DNA of 64,000 nt from a virus: the IMG/VR virus record IMGVR_UViG_3300045004_000088, positions 64,001 to 128,000 of that record; one strand, 5' to 3'. Shown piece by piece: positions 1-9,025 of this stretch (the first letter of the stretch is position 1; each line of letters begins with the position of its first letter). The notes below the pieces were generated by a model. The model ran no database searches. It had not been told where the DNA came from and saw nothing but the letters and a program-made list of their open reading frames with translations. A program made the position numbers and the translations under genes.

Positions 1-221
1 AGCGTTCGATGAGCAGAGGCAGGGCAGCGAGCAGAGTGAGGACGGGAAGTGGTACTATCCACAGCACCTGACCGCAAACAAACTGATCGACGGCAATCTG
101 TATTGGCTGTCTCAAAACAACGGCTGCAAGACGGTACAGCACTCGGTCGGCCCGAAGTTGAAGGTTGCAACGTATATACCCCTGGAGGATTTGAGCCGTT
201 TCTTCCAGGGAAAGTAGGAGT

Positions 222-497
222 ATGGAAAAGGGTAAACACCCATTGTCACTTAGCGATTTCAGAAAGTGGATCGAAGGCCAGGACGCCGGGTCCAAGAACC
301 TCGAAGGCAAGAGAGTGTCTTCGGCGTTGTCGCCCAAGAAGCTGTTACAGGTCGCGGAGTCCGATCAGGGCGACCTGTACGAGTCCGTAAGGCAGTTCTA
401 CCGCAAGGGCGGAACTGTGATCAGTCAAGACGGGGACCACCTGTTGATCGACGCGGGGGCAGGCACGTTCTACACCAACCGGAAAAGCGTCCGCTAA
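222..497 (+). CDS. hypothetical protein
   Basis: 91-aa ORF with balanced composition. Converges on the minus ORF 494..886. No recognisable motif. Confidence 0.3.
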   Translation: MEKGKHPLSLSDFRKWIEGQDAGSKNLEGKRVSSALSPKKLLQVAESDQGDLYESVRQFYRKGGTVISQDGDHLLIDAGAGTFYTNRKSVR

Positions 498-886
498 GAC
501 TTCCTCGTCAACATCGTCTTCTTCTTCGGGTGCTTCTTCAGGTCGGCCTTCGGCGGCAGCAAGAAAGAGGTGCCGTCGAACAAGGGTTTGCAACTCGGAT
601 ACAGCCCTTGAAAACCCCTGGCGTGTAGTTTCTTCCTCAACTCTTGGTAGTGTTCGGCCGACTCGATCCACGGCTCCCAATACATGCGATTGTCGTAAAT
701 GATCTTCTCGACACTCGCATGAATCGTCGGGGGCAGTTTCAGAGATTCCAGATCAACGAGTCGGATTGGCGGTCGCTGCGGGCCGTCCAGCACCGTGACC
801 ACTCTGGCCCCCATTTTGTCCCGCCGCGCCAGATACAGGTAACAACGACTCATCAAACCTCGCATTCTAGCTTGTACGACATACAA
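494..886 (-). CDS. hypothetical protein
   Basis: 130-aa ORF co-directional with the downstream LAGLIDADG gene, overlapping its start. No motif recognised. Confidence 0.3.
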   Translation of the reverse strand: MYVVQARMRGLMSRCYLYLARRDKMGARVVTVLDGPQRPPIRLVDLESLKLPPTIHASVEKIIYDNRMYWEPWIESAEHYQELRKKLHARGFQGLYPSCKPLFDGTSFLLPPKADLKKHPKKKTMLTRKS

Positions 887-1710
887 GCCGGCAGTTTACG
901 TTCTTGTGAAATTGTCTTCCATTTAGACAGCAAGAAGTCTCTGCTTTTGCCAAGCATAACTAACTTGTTCTGACCATTTCTGTGTTTGTAATACTTGATG
1001 TACATTGATAGATCTAAGTTTTGATTCAAAATGGACACCGCGTTCTCCAAGTCGATACGATCCCATCCTTTGGCTGATATTGAAGGTTGTGGCGATTTTT
1101 TGAGTCCATTGCTAAGACGGCCGGTTCTGGTAGTCCCCAGGTAGCCATCGTCCATGTACCAAATCATCAACCCGAAAAAATTCAGCTTGGAAATCAAGTC
1201 TACTGGAATTATGCTTTTGTCGCAGTTTTTCCTGGCCTTGTAGAATCGATCTCTCAATGAAGTAAATATCGGATGACGGGCCGTAGAAATGTGCGTCTTT
1301 TTGTTTGAATTCCATCGCGACATGAAAGGCGACAGGATGTTCATTTTCCATTCGAGGTAATCAGTCTGTTTGGAACCATGTCCTTCGCAGAAGAAGTAGT
1401 TTTTGCAGTCGTCGCTTTTGGTCACACAACCATCGCCCAACATACTGCCGATCAGTACCTGAAAAACGCAGTCGTCAAAATCAGACAAGGAAAGGTTTTG
1501 GTCGAGTTTGCAGCCATTGCGAAACCGAGCGGCCTTTTCGCCAGACCTAGAACGACACTCAGCCGTAATAACTACGCCGATTCTGTTCCTCATCTTGGCA
1601 ATGGCAGGTGCAGTATGGCCCGGCAAGCAATCAATTAATTCAGTCGAATGTTTTGACGGCCCAAGCTGACGAAGTAATTCCAACTCGGATTCAGACCACG
1701 GTTTTCCCAT
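853..1710 (-). mobile_element. free-standing LAGLIDADG homing endonuclease (double-motif)
   Basis: 285-aa ORF with two degenerate LAGLIDADG blocks, LIGSMLGDGC and LMIWYMDDGY. Paralogous to ORFs 41000..41614 and 45007..45564. Confidence 0.55.
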
Positions 1711-1912
1711 GAACTATTGTATGCGGCACGACGGGACATTTCTCAACATTCGCATCGCACTTCACCCAAAATCGATTGTTGTTTTTGTTGCCAGGACGCA
1801 GAGCCTCGGCCAGCACCATTTGAATGAGTAATTTCGCATGCGGGTCATCGGCCGCGCCAAAATTACTGAAGAAATCGTCCATCGTTTCTTTGATCAGATT
1901 GGAGTCCGACAT
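1691..1912 (-). CDS. hypothetical small protein
   Basis: 73-aa ORF directly upstream of and overlapping the LAGLIDADG gene start. Composition is protein-like. Confidence 0.25.
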   Translation of the reverse strand: MSDSNLIKETMDDFFSNFGAADDPHAKLLIQMVLAEALRPGNKNNNRFWVKCDANVEKCPVVPHTIVHGKTVV

Positions 1913-2525
1913 GAATCTTCACCTGCCGCGTTACCGCGAAGTCAAAAACAAATACTGTGTGTGCTACTTCGGGCCGTGCGACGAATACGTCACACTACTC
2001 GATGGCCTTCGGCCACAAGCCGAACAACAACTGCCCGGATTGCAAGTGTATATAGGGTGCAAAGAACACCTGTGCAACGGAGAACGGTTCGTCTCCGAAA
2101 AGGCGGCGTTTCAGATGGTCAGGGAACCGTGGGGGACACAATTCGGACATATCAAAGAGATCCGATGCGACATGAAATCACACCCTGTCCAGCAGTTCTT
2201 CAATGATTCGGGAATCAAGATCAACCCAACCGGACACAAACCGGACACGGAAAACAGACTCGTCAAGCTGGCGGCGGAAGGCATATCGCCTACCCGCTCA
2301 CTTACAGAAGAAGAAAAAACAAAGCTGACCAAGAAGTACGCCAGCCAGGGGTACGTCGTCCGAGAGGACTGTGACTGGCGTGACGCGGGCGTCGTTGTAG
2401 GGGTCGAATCGGTCGCTGTTTGGTCGGCCGCACTCGAAGGCAAAATGACGCACCTGTGCGACACCGGATTGGGGACGGGCTTCTTCCGCGTAATCTGTCC
2501 GTGGGGTGCGGTGATTTCTATTTGA
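1911..2525 (+). CDS. hypothetical Cys-containing protein
   Basis: The first ATG is at 1911 (MNLHLPRYREV...). The track ORF starts at a TTG at 1824. This start overlaps the divergent minus ORF start by 2 nt, so the start is uncertain. Confidence 0.3.
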   Translation: MNLHLPRYREVKNKYCVCYFGPCDEYVTLLDGLRPQAEQQLPGLQVYIGCKEHLCNGERFVSEKAAFQMVREPWGTQFGHIKEIRCDMKSHPVQQFFNDSGIKINPTGHKPDTENRLVKLAAEGISPTRSLTEEEKTKLTKKYASQGYVVREDCDWRDAGVVVGVESVAVWSAALEGKMTHLCDTGLGTGFFRVICPWGAVISI

Positions 2526-2579
2526 GTGCTTCTACATATAGACAGAAGACAGGGATTAGGCACCCCATCAAGGAGAACA

Positions 2580-3158
2580 ATGAGCGTATTTCGTGTAAAG
2601 CTGAACAACACTCAGCAGGGCGTATTGGACCTTAACCCGTCCACTGGCGCACAGATGTCGCCGTCGATTCAGCGGACGATGTGGGTCACCGGCCCGAACA
2701 AGACTTACCGTCAACTTTTCGACGGTGAAACCTTCACGGACTGCAACTATTGGAAGCAGTTCGCGTACCCGCAGACGACTCTGGAAAAGGCGTTCATCGA
2801 AGTCGTGACCGACGACGGCAGCATTTACTCCAGTGACCCGGCTGAGAACACCTTCCCTCGTGTTTACGACCTGACCATCGCTGGCGGTTCTGTGTACGCA
2901 TCGAACGTGATCGATGTAACGGGCGACAACGGCGCGGCGGCTGTTTCGGCGAGCATCGAGAACACGAGTGGTCAGGCGATCCGCGTGAAGATGAACGGTC
3001 TTTCGACGGCCATCTTCGACCTCTCGGCGAACGAAACCAAGACCTTCAACATCGGCGATGCCGTCATCAGCCGCTTGGAGTTCAACAACACCGCTTCCGG
3101 CGCGACCACGGCAACCGTGCAGGTCATCCTCACGATCCGCAGCACCCCGACAAGCTGA
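2580..3158 (+). CDS. hypothetical S/T/N/G-rich protein, possibly virion-associated
   Basis: ATG at 2580 is preceded by AAGGAG. The 193-aa product is rich in small and polar residues. It is followed by a rho-independent terminator at 3211..3238. Confidence 0.4.
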   Translation: MSVFRVKLNNTQQGVLDLNPSTGAQMSPSIQRTMWVTGPNKTYRQLFDGETFTDCNYWKQFAYPQTTLEKAFIEVVTDDGSIYSSDPAENTFPRVYDLTIAGGSVYASNVIDVTGDNGAAAVSASIENTSGQAIRVKMNGLSTAIFDLSANETKTFNIGDAVISRLEFNNTASGATTATVQVILTIRSTPTS

Positions 3159-3210
3159 GTACCACCCCTCGGTTTTTGAACCGATGTCTGCCCTTAATGG
3201 CCGGACAGAA

Positions 3211-3238
3211 AGCCCGACAGCAATGTCGGGCTTTTTCG
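3211..3238 (+). terminator. rho-independent terminator
   Basis: Stem agcccgac / gtcgggct with loop agcaat, followed by ttttcgtt. Confidence 0.55.
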
Positions 3239-3261
3239 TTTGAAGGCACTAAACTATAGTC

Positions 3262-4239
3262 ATGAAGATCAAGAGAAAGACACCTTCAAAAGCGCCGGCG
3301 TGGGGTCTTAGAGATTACTACGAGCGACGTGATAGGGTGCTGGTCGTTCGCGACGTTGGTGGCCTCGGCGACATCCTGATGCAAAGGATGATGTTCGAGA
3401 GCTTCAAACGTGTGATGCCCGAATGTCACATCACCTGGGCCGTCCCCCAACAATACTTGGAAGCCGCCGCGAGACATCCATTTGTTGACGAAGTGGTTGA
3501 CTGCCGCACCGTCAACAAAGCCGACTTCACCCTCGTCTACAACATCACCTTCGCGTGCGGCCGGTACGAGAACGCCATCGCACCCAGAGCCGACAAGCAC
3601 CGCAGCGACATCTGGGCCAACCACTGTGGCGTGGTAATTGGCAAGCACGAAATGTATCTCGGCGTAACGGCCGAAGAGAAGAAAGCCGCCCGTCAACTTC
3701 TGCAACGCAGCGTATCGAGTCCGAACGCTCCGATCTTGGCAATGTGTCCCGCGTCGGCTCAGATCGGCAAGGACATGTCGCCGGCACTACAGACGGAAGT
3801 CGTCACGCGAGTTTGGCAGAAGGGGTGCAACGTCGTTTGTCTGCACAACAAGTCCATGCCACACCTCGATCAGATCGGGTGCCGAACCTTGAGCGGCTTG
3901 AACACGCGACAGTGGATAACGGCACTGGACGCGGCCGACTACGTCTTGAGCGTTGACACGTCGGCGTTCCACTGCGCGGGCGGGCTGAAGAAACCGCTGG
4001 TGGGAATTTTTACCTACTGCGACGGAAAAGTGTACGGAAAGTATTTCGACTTCGTACTCGTTCAAAAGCACAGGGACGACAGCAACTGGGATTGCGGCCC
4101 GTGCTTCAACTGGTCGATGTGCAAAAAAGAGTGCAAGAAAACGATCAAGCCGTGTGCGAGCGAGATCACGTCCGACATGGTGATGGACGGTATAGAAAAA
4201 ATGATGGCGAAGTGGCCGTACAAGCCACAAATCGAATGA
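3262..4239 (+). CDS. glycosyltransferase family 9-like (ADP-heptose:LPS heptosyltransferase fold)
   Basis: N-terminal VLVVRDVGGLGDILMQ...ITWAV matches the GT9 (K/R)ILIV..S.GD.L...P...L signature. C-terminal SVDTSAFHCAGGLKKPLVGIF resembles GT9 GNDSGPMHLAAALGKPLV. Confidence 0.5.
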   Translation: MKIKRKTPSKAPAWGLRDYYERRDRVLVVRDVGGLGDILMQRMMFESFKRVMPECHITWAVPQQYLEAAARHPFVDEVVDCRTVNKADFTLVYNITFACGRYENAIAPRADKHRSDIWANHCGVVIGKHEMYLGVTAEEKKAARQLLQRSVSSPNAPILAMCPASAQIGKDMSPALQTEVVTRVWQKGCNVVCLHNKSMPHLDQIGCRTLSGLNTRQWITALDAADYVLSVDTSAFHCAGGLKKPLVGIFTYCDGKVYGKYFDFVLVQKHRDDSNWDCGPCFNWSMCKKECKKTIKPCASEITSDMVMDGIEKMMAKWPYKPQIE

Positions 4240-4281
4240 GAGATACTCGATTAAAATACGCCGGACTTAGGTAAATAGCTC

Positions 4282-4536
4282 ATGCCTCAAGTTATCAAAC
4301 CACAGAACGTGAACATCACGACCCGCGACGGAGAGATAACGGTCAGGTTGGTAATCGACCTGAATCTGAATCTTGGTGGCGGTGTGGTGGGAATGTCTGT
4401 GGCGTCGGTAGCGAGTGCGGATCAGGTGCCTGAGCAAAAGCAGATGGCACCGAAGCCCGCAGAGGCAGCAGAGTGGATGATACCTGAGTTCACACCATCC
4501 ACCGAAACGATTGAATTCGGAAAGTACGACAAGTGA
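4282..4536 (+). CDS. hypothetical small protein upstream of the actin-like ATPase
   Basis: 84-aa ORF, co-oriented with the actin-like gene and overlapping the extended frame of that gene. Confidence 0.3.
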   Translation: MPQVIKPQNVNITTRDGEITVRLVIDLNLNLGGGVVGMSVASVASADQVPEQKQMAPKPAEAAEWMIPEFTPSTETIEFGKYDK

Positions 4537-4570
4537 GATCGAAAGACCTCAAAACGAAAGGGTGAAAGAC

Positions 4571-5581
4571 ATGGCAATCGGATTTGACGTTGGCACATAC
4601 AACCTCGTATGCTCCAAGCGTGACGAAAAGGGAAACTTCGTTCACAAGCGCGAAGTCAACGCATTTATCGAGATTCCTCTCGAAAACGACTTCGTCTACA
4701 ACATGATGAATAACGCTGGTGTCCCGCTGATCAAGAGGGACAAGTTGGCTTACGCCCTCGGCGAGTCGGCGGTCAAGATGGCCTACGCGATCAACTCGAT
4801 GGAGTTGAAGCGGCCGATGTCGGACGGGTGCGTGAACCCGAAGGAAAAGGAAGCCTACCAGATCTTGAGCATCATGATCCACTCGCTGATCGAGACGGTG
4901 AAGGAGGACAAGGAGCCTCTCTACTTCTGCGTCCCGGCCAACGCAATCAACGTCGAAACGGACGCGAACTTCCACCGCCTGACGCTCGAAGGCATCTTCA
5001 AAGCCTTCAGGAACAAGGACGGAATGCGAGTCGATCCGCACCCGATTAACGAAGCCCTCGCCCTCGTTTACGCCGAACTGTCGAAGAAGGCGTACACGGG
5101 AATCGGGATCAGCTTCGGGGCCGGTATGGTCAACCTGTGTATGGCCATGTTCGGCAACCCCGTCTTCTCTTTCGCAATCGTCAACAGCGGAGACTGGATC
5201 GACAAGCAGGCGGCGCGAGCCACTGCCGAGTCGCCGACCTTCATCAACAAACAGAAGATGAAGATCGATCTCTCGAAAGCTCCCGGTGACCTCATCGAAC
5301 GGGCGATCATCAGCCAGTACCGGCTGATGATCGAACACTGCGTATCCGAAATCAAAAACGGCCTGAACAAGAACAGCAAAGTCGTAAGGACGGACGACCC
5401 GTTCGACATCGTTGTTTCCGGTGGGACCAGTTCGCCGCCCGGTTTCGTGGAAATGTTCAAGACTGTTCTGGACGACGCCAAGCTGCCGATCAAGGTGAGC
5501 GAAGTGATCCGTCCGCAGGACACCTTGTACAGTGTTGCTCGTGGGTGTCTGCTCGCTGCCGAGGCGTCAACCCGAAAGTAA
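4571..5581 (+). CDS. actin-like ATPase (ParM/Alp/MreB superfamily)
   Basis: MAIGFDVGTYNLVC matches the phosphate-1 motif DxGxxNxK. GIGISFGAGMVNLCM matches phosphate-2. VVSGGTSSPPGF matches the adenosine GGG motif. Length is about 336 aa from the ATG at 4571. Confidence 0.65.
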   Translation: MAIGFDVGTYNLVCSKRDEKGNFVHKREVNAFIEIPLENDFVYNMMNNAGVPLIKRDKLAYALGESAVKMAYAINSMELKRPMSDGCVNPKEKEAYQILSIMIHSLIETVKEDKEPLYFCVPANAINVETDANFHRLTLEGIFKAFRNKDGMRVDPHPINEALALVYAELSKKAYTGIGISFGAGMVNLCMAMFGNPVFSFAIVNSGDWIDKQAARATAESPTFINKQKMKIDLSKAPGDLIERAIISQYRLMIEHCVSEIKNGLNKNSKVVRTDDPFDIVVSGGTSSPPGFVEMFKTVLDDAKLPIKVSEVIRPQDTLYSVARGCLLAAEASTRK

Positions 5582-5600
5582 CAAAGATAGGAATCCCAAA

Positions 5601-6254
5601 ATGGATGAGACGAAAAACAAACCCAACATCAACGACCTGTTGGATCAGCCCAGGCTCCGCAAGCCGACGCTTGAGGACATGAAGACCGCAGACGACTTCG
5701 CCAAAGAGGACGAAGTCCAGAAGAACATTGACGACTGGAAGGCCGGCAAACGCAAAACAGAACGGGCCAAGTACACCAAAACCGAAGCCTACCCGGAACT
5801 GCCGAAGGGCAAGCTGCTGTTCCAGTGCGAAGAGTACGAGCAGCCGAAAGAGTACATCACGCTCACGATGAACGAGAACAAGGATCTGATCAAAAAGATC
5901 ATGGACGAGAAGGGGGCGCTCACGGACCACCCGCCGATCCCAGTGGATGAAATCAAGTGGGGCATGGAGAGCCTTGAGAACATCTACAGTGCCGTTCAAG
6001 AAGTTTTCCCAGATCCGAAGAAGGTGGAGGCCAACGACAACCGCATGTTCGAGTTGATCTCCAAATACATGGGTGGAGGCGTGGTGACATACAACCGCTG
6101 GAAGAATAAGTTGTGTGTCAAGGGCATCGAAACCAAGTTCGACATGCGTGAGATAAACGCGGCCGTGACCGCTCTGTCGGCGATCCTGCCGCCGCGAGAG
6201 GCTGAGAAGGTCGTGGCGCGTGAGTTGGGCAAGAAAATCGCAAACGTGCTATGA
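5601..6254 (+). CDS. hypothetical charged protein, possible actin-partner
   Basis: ATG at 5601 (MDETKNKPNINDL...). The product is K/E-rich. The gene ends immediately before the hairpin 6264..6288. Confidence 0.4.
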   Translation: MDETKNKPNINDLLDQPRLRKPTLEDMKTADDFAKEDEVQKNIDDWKAGKRKTERAKYTKTEAYPELPKGKLLFQCEEYEQPKEYITLTMNENKDLIKKIMDEKGALTDHPPIPVDEIKWGMESLENIYSAVQEVFPDPKKVEANDNRMFELISKYMGGGVVTYNRWKNKLCVKGIETKFDMREINAAVTALSAILPPREAEKVVARELGKKIANVL

Positions 6255-6263
6255 ACAACAAAG

Positions 6264-6288
6264 AACCGGGGAGCATGCTCCCCGGTTC
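6264..6288 (+). terminator. 11-bp perfect stem-loop, no U-tract
   Basis: aaccggggagc atg gctccccggtt, followed by caagaaggaaggcaaATG, the RBS of the next gene. Confidence 0.35.
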
Positions 6289-6302
6289 AAGAAGGAAGGC
6301 AA

Positions 6303-6764
6303 ATGAAAGAAGGAACAAAAGGTATCCCGATGCCGGTGAGCGACCTCGGCGTAGCCGCGTACATGGCCATGAAGGGTTGCGCATTGTCTGGTCGTCGCGA
6401 CAAGACGATTTTCTTTTACGTCCCGGCCGAAAAGCTCAAGGAGTTCAAACGGTGGAAGCTGGACTACCTCGTGAGTGAATTTCACCGCTTCGACCACTGC
6501 CTGATGTCTTTGAAAAAGGTGGATGAGTCCGACCCCGATCAAGACTTTTCGTCGTGCAAGTTCCTGACCGATCTGGGAGCGGCGGCGTATGTGTTGATGC
6601 ACAACTTCAGGATCATCGGGCGGCGCGGCAAGTCGTTCTACTTCGAGATCAACGACGACGACGAGGCCAAAAACTTTGACGAACTCAGGCTCCAGTACGT
6701 CACCAGTGAGTTCCACGAGTTCGACTCGTCTCTCATGTCGGTTAAGAAAATCGGAGAGTCTTGA
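6303..6764 (+). CDS. protein made of two tandem copies of a ~70-aa domain of unknown function
   Basis: Internal duplication: DLGVAAYMAMKGCALSGRRDKTIFFYVPAEKLKEFKRWKLDYLVSEFHRFDHCLMSLKKV versus DLGAAAYVLMHNFRIIGRRGKSFYFEINDDDEAKNFDELRLQYVTSEFHEFDSSLMSVKKI. Confidence 0.45.
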   Translation: MKEGTKGIPMPVSDLGVAAYMAMKGCALSGRRDKTIFFYVPAEKLKEFKRWKLDYLVSEFHRFDHCLMSLKKVDESDPDQDFSSCKFLTDLGAAAYVLMHNFRIIGRRGKSFYFEINDDDEAKNFDELRLQYVTSEFHEFDSSLMSVKKIGES

Positions 6765-6983
6765 GAAACATCACCCTCTTGTTGAAAGAGGCGAAAGCCA
6801 AATTCCCAATTGGGACCGATTTGGAATGCAACGGGTACATCTGCACGGTACACGGCTATCAAGCCGTGTGCGTGTCCAGTATCCTGATGTTCGAGAGCAT
6901 AATGCTCGTCATCGTGGGACACCCGTTTTTGCAATCCATCAACTTTGAAATTGGTTCAGCCCCTCTAAATAATCAGGGGGATT

Positions 6984-8672
6984 ATGCTGAGAACAATCGA
7001 TTTGTACGAACAACTGAGCTTTTTCGAGGGGAGCAAGGACTTCGCCTCCGAACTAGAAGCTCTTTACCAGCAACTGGCTTCCGTCAGAAGAAATCTGGAC
7101 CAGAAGGTCGTCGGACTCGTCAACGATTTGCAAACGCAGATCATGAACGACAAGCTGCCTTCCAAGCGAGGGTTCTTTACCCGCGTTCACAACTGGTGGA
7201 AGAACCTGTTCGGTAGCGACCGTCGTTCCAACCCGTACTACTGGCAAAACAAGATCGGCGCACTCGGCCGCACCGACCTCGAACCGCCCACCGTCCGCGA
7301 ATACGCGATGCTCAAAAACCTCGCGGACACCCTGTGGGAAGACGCCTCCGCAGCACCACAACCACTGATCCGAAAGATCCTAAACAACTGGACCGCCAGA
7401 CTCCGTCAGACCATCGCGTCCAGTTTGGACGACATGATGAATCGCGTTCGCAGTATGGCAACTCGTGTGGGCAGTACACCAGCACCCGAAAAGCCTCGTC
7501 CGACACCGGAGCCGACGCCGGAACCAAGAACGCCGACTGTGCATGATGACGATTTCGTGCCTGGGTCTGCCGCCGATGATGAGGGAGACGACGGCAGTAC
7601 AGCCCCGCTAAAACCGGCCGAAAAACCCGAACTGACTCTCGATAAGCAGGCTGAAAAATTTGGCATATTCAAAGACACCAGAACCACTTTTGGTATCTTC
7701 GGAAAACTCGATGATTCCAAGAAAAGACTTATTATTGGTGCTTGTCGTTCTGGACATTGTCCGAAAAATGACACGGCTGAAGACAAATACCCACTGAAAG
7801 AAATCCACGCTGCGACTAACAGATACTTGGAGCTTTTCAGGCAGAAGAAAAAGAAGGGTGACGCATGGAGTGGTCTGAACACCAGAGAACAGGAGATTCT
7901 CCGAGCGATACACGAGCCGTGGAACAAACTTGGCAAACGAAAGAATCTGCATAACAATCGCGGAAACAACGGCAAGCGGATAACTAACCGCAGCCAAAGT
8001 GGTCCGTTTACTTTGCCAAAAGTATTGCGAATTGATGATCCGAGGCACGAGATCCTCAGCAAATACTATCCCGAATTTTTCAATCAGTTGGATCTAGCTG
8101 GTCGTGTCGAACGACCGGACGATACCGAAGACAAGGTTACGAAACGAATTGCAAGACTTCTCAGAAAAGACAAAGAAGAGGGTCATCGTTCGGAAGACGA
8201 AAAGCCAGAGGTTGGCGACCGCGCCGAGATTCACAATATGTCCGATGAAAACCCAAAGGACACCGAAAAGCGGTCGGACTTCGATGACTTGAAAGCACTT
8301 TCGTCCCACGATAAAAGCGACAATTTTGAAGACAATCCAGAAACGGCTGCTGTCCAACAACGGCTCTACGAACCCCAATACGAAGAGTTCGCCTCCAAAA
8401 TTGAAAAGGTTGTCAAGACGGATCGTGAACTGGTGAAAAAGCTGATGGACACATGGGATCACATATCCGATAGCAAGACTTTAAGGAGAAAATTCTTGAA
8501 GTTGATTGAGGCCGGTAAGTACAAAGACATCCAAGCAATGTCCAGCGAGAAGAAAAAGAAGAAAACCTATGAAGACGATGACGAAGAGGTCAAAAAGCAC
8601 TTCGGCGAAGGTGTGTCGGGTTTCAAACAGAAGATGAGGGCGGTGTCGGAAAGGATCTATCGCGAGTCTTAA
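6984..8672 (+). CDS. large low-complexity charged protein
   Basis: 562 aa, including a Pro/Thr/Glu stretch PAPEKPRPTPEPTPEPRTPT and K/E/D-rich regions. No enzymatic motif recognised. Confidence 0.45.
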   Translation: MLRTIDLYEQLSFFEGSKDFASELEALYQQLASVRRNLDQKVVGLVNDLQTQIMNDKLPSKRGFFTRVHNWWKNLFGSDRRSNPYYWQNKIGALGRTDLEPPTVREYAMLKNLADTLWEDASAAPQPLIRKILNNWTARLRQTIASSLDDMMNRVRSMATRVGSTPAPEKPRPTPEPTPEPRTPTVHDDDFVPGSAADDEGDDGSTAPLKPAEKPELTLDKQAEKFGIFKDTRTTFGIFGKLDDSKKRLIIGACRSGHCPKNDTAEDKYPLKEIHAATNRYLELFRQKKKKGDAWSGLNTREQEILRAIHEPWNKLGKRKNLHNNRGNNGKRITNRSQSGPFTLPKVLRIDDPRHEILSKYYPEFFNQLDLAGRVERPDDTEDKVTKRIARLLRKDKEEGHRSEDEKPEVGDRAEIHNMSDENPKDTEKRSDFDDLKALSSHDKSDNFEDNPETAAVQQRLYEPQYEEFASKIEKVVKTDRELVKKLMDTWDHISDSKTLRRKFLKLIEAGKYKDIQAMSSEKKKKKTYEDDDEEVKKHFGEGVSGFKQKMRAVSERIYRES

Positions 8673-9025
8673 TGGAGTCCGGCCAGTTTGGACAAGGCAT
8701 TGACATCGACCAAATTATTCGACGGCGGGGGCGTAGTAGCCATCCGCCGTTTTGCTTCGATTTCGGCAATGACCGTGGCGTGTTCGGGATTGGCAGAATC
8801 CAGAATCTGTTCTTCGGCGATGCCGACGATCTGGCTGTAGAAATAGTAGTTGCAGCAGCCCGTAATGGGGTGCTGCGTCATAATTCCCATCGAATCGACC
8901 GACTTGACGATCCCGACGAAGTAGTCGCACTTCTGTCGCTCGTCAAAGTCGCGGTTGATGGGTCCGGTGAAGATGCTGACGGCCTTGCCGACAAAGTATT
9001 TGAGGTTTTCGAGAGCTTCTTTCAT
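8669..9025 (-). CDS. hypothetical protein
   Basis: 118-aa ORF co-directional with the downstream primase. The opposite-strand ORF 8672..9043 is taken as its shadow. Confidence 0.4.
   Translation of the reverse strand: MKEALENLKYFVGKAVSIFTGPINRDFDERQKCDYFVGIVKSVDSMGIMTQHPITGCCNYYFYSQIVGIAEEQILDSANPEHATVIAEIEAKRRMATTPPPSNNLVDVNALSKLAGLH

Noticed and set aside
3286-3705. 139-aa minus-strand ORF inside the GT9-like gene
   Set aside because: Antisense shadow of a gene with clear GT9 motifs.
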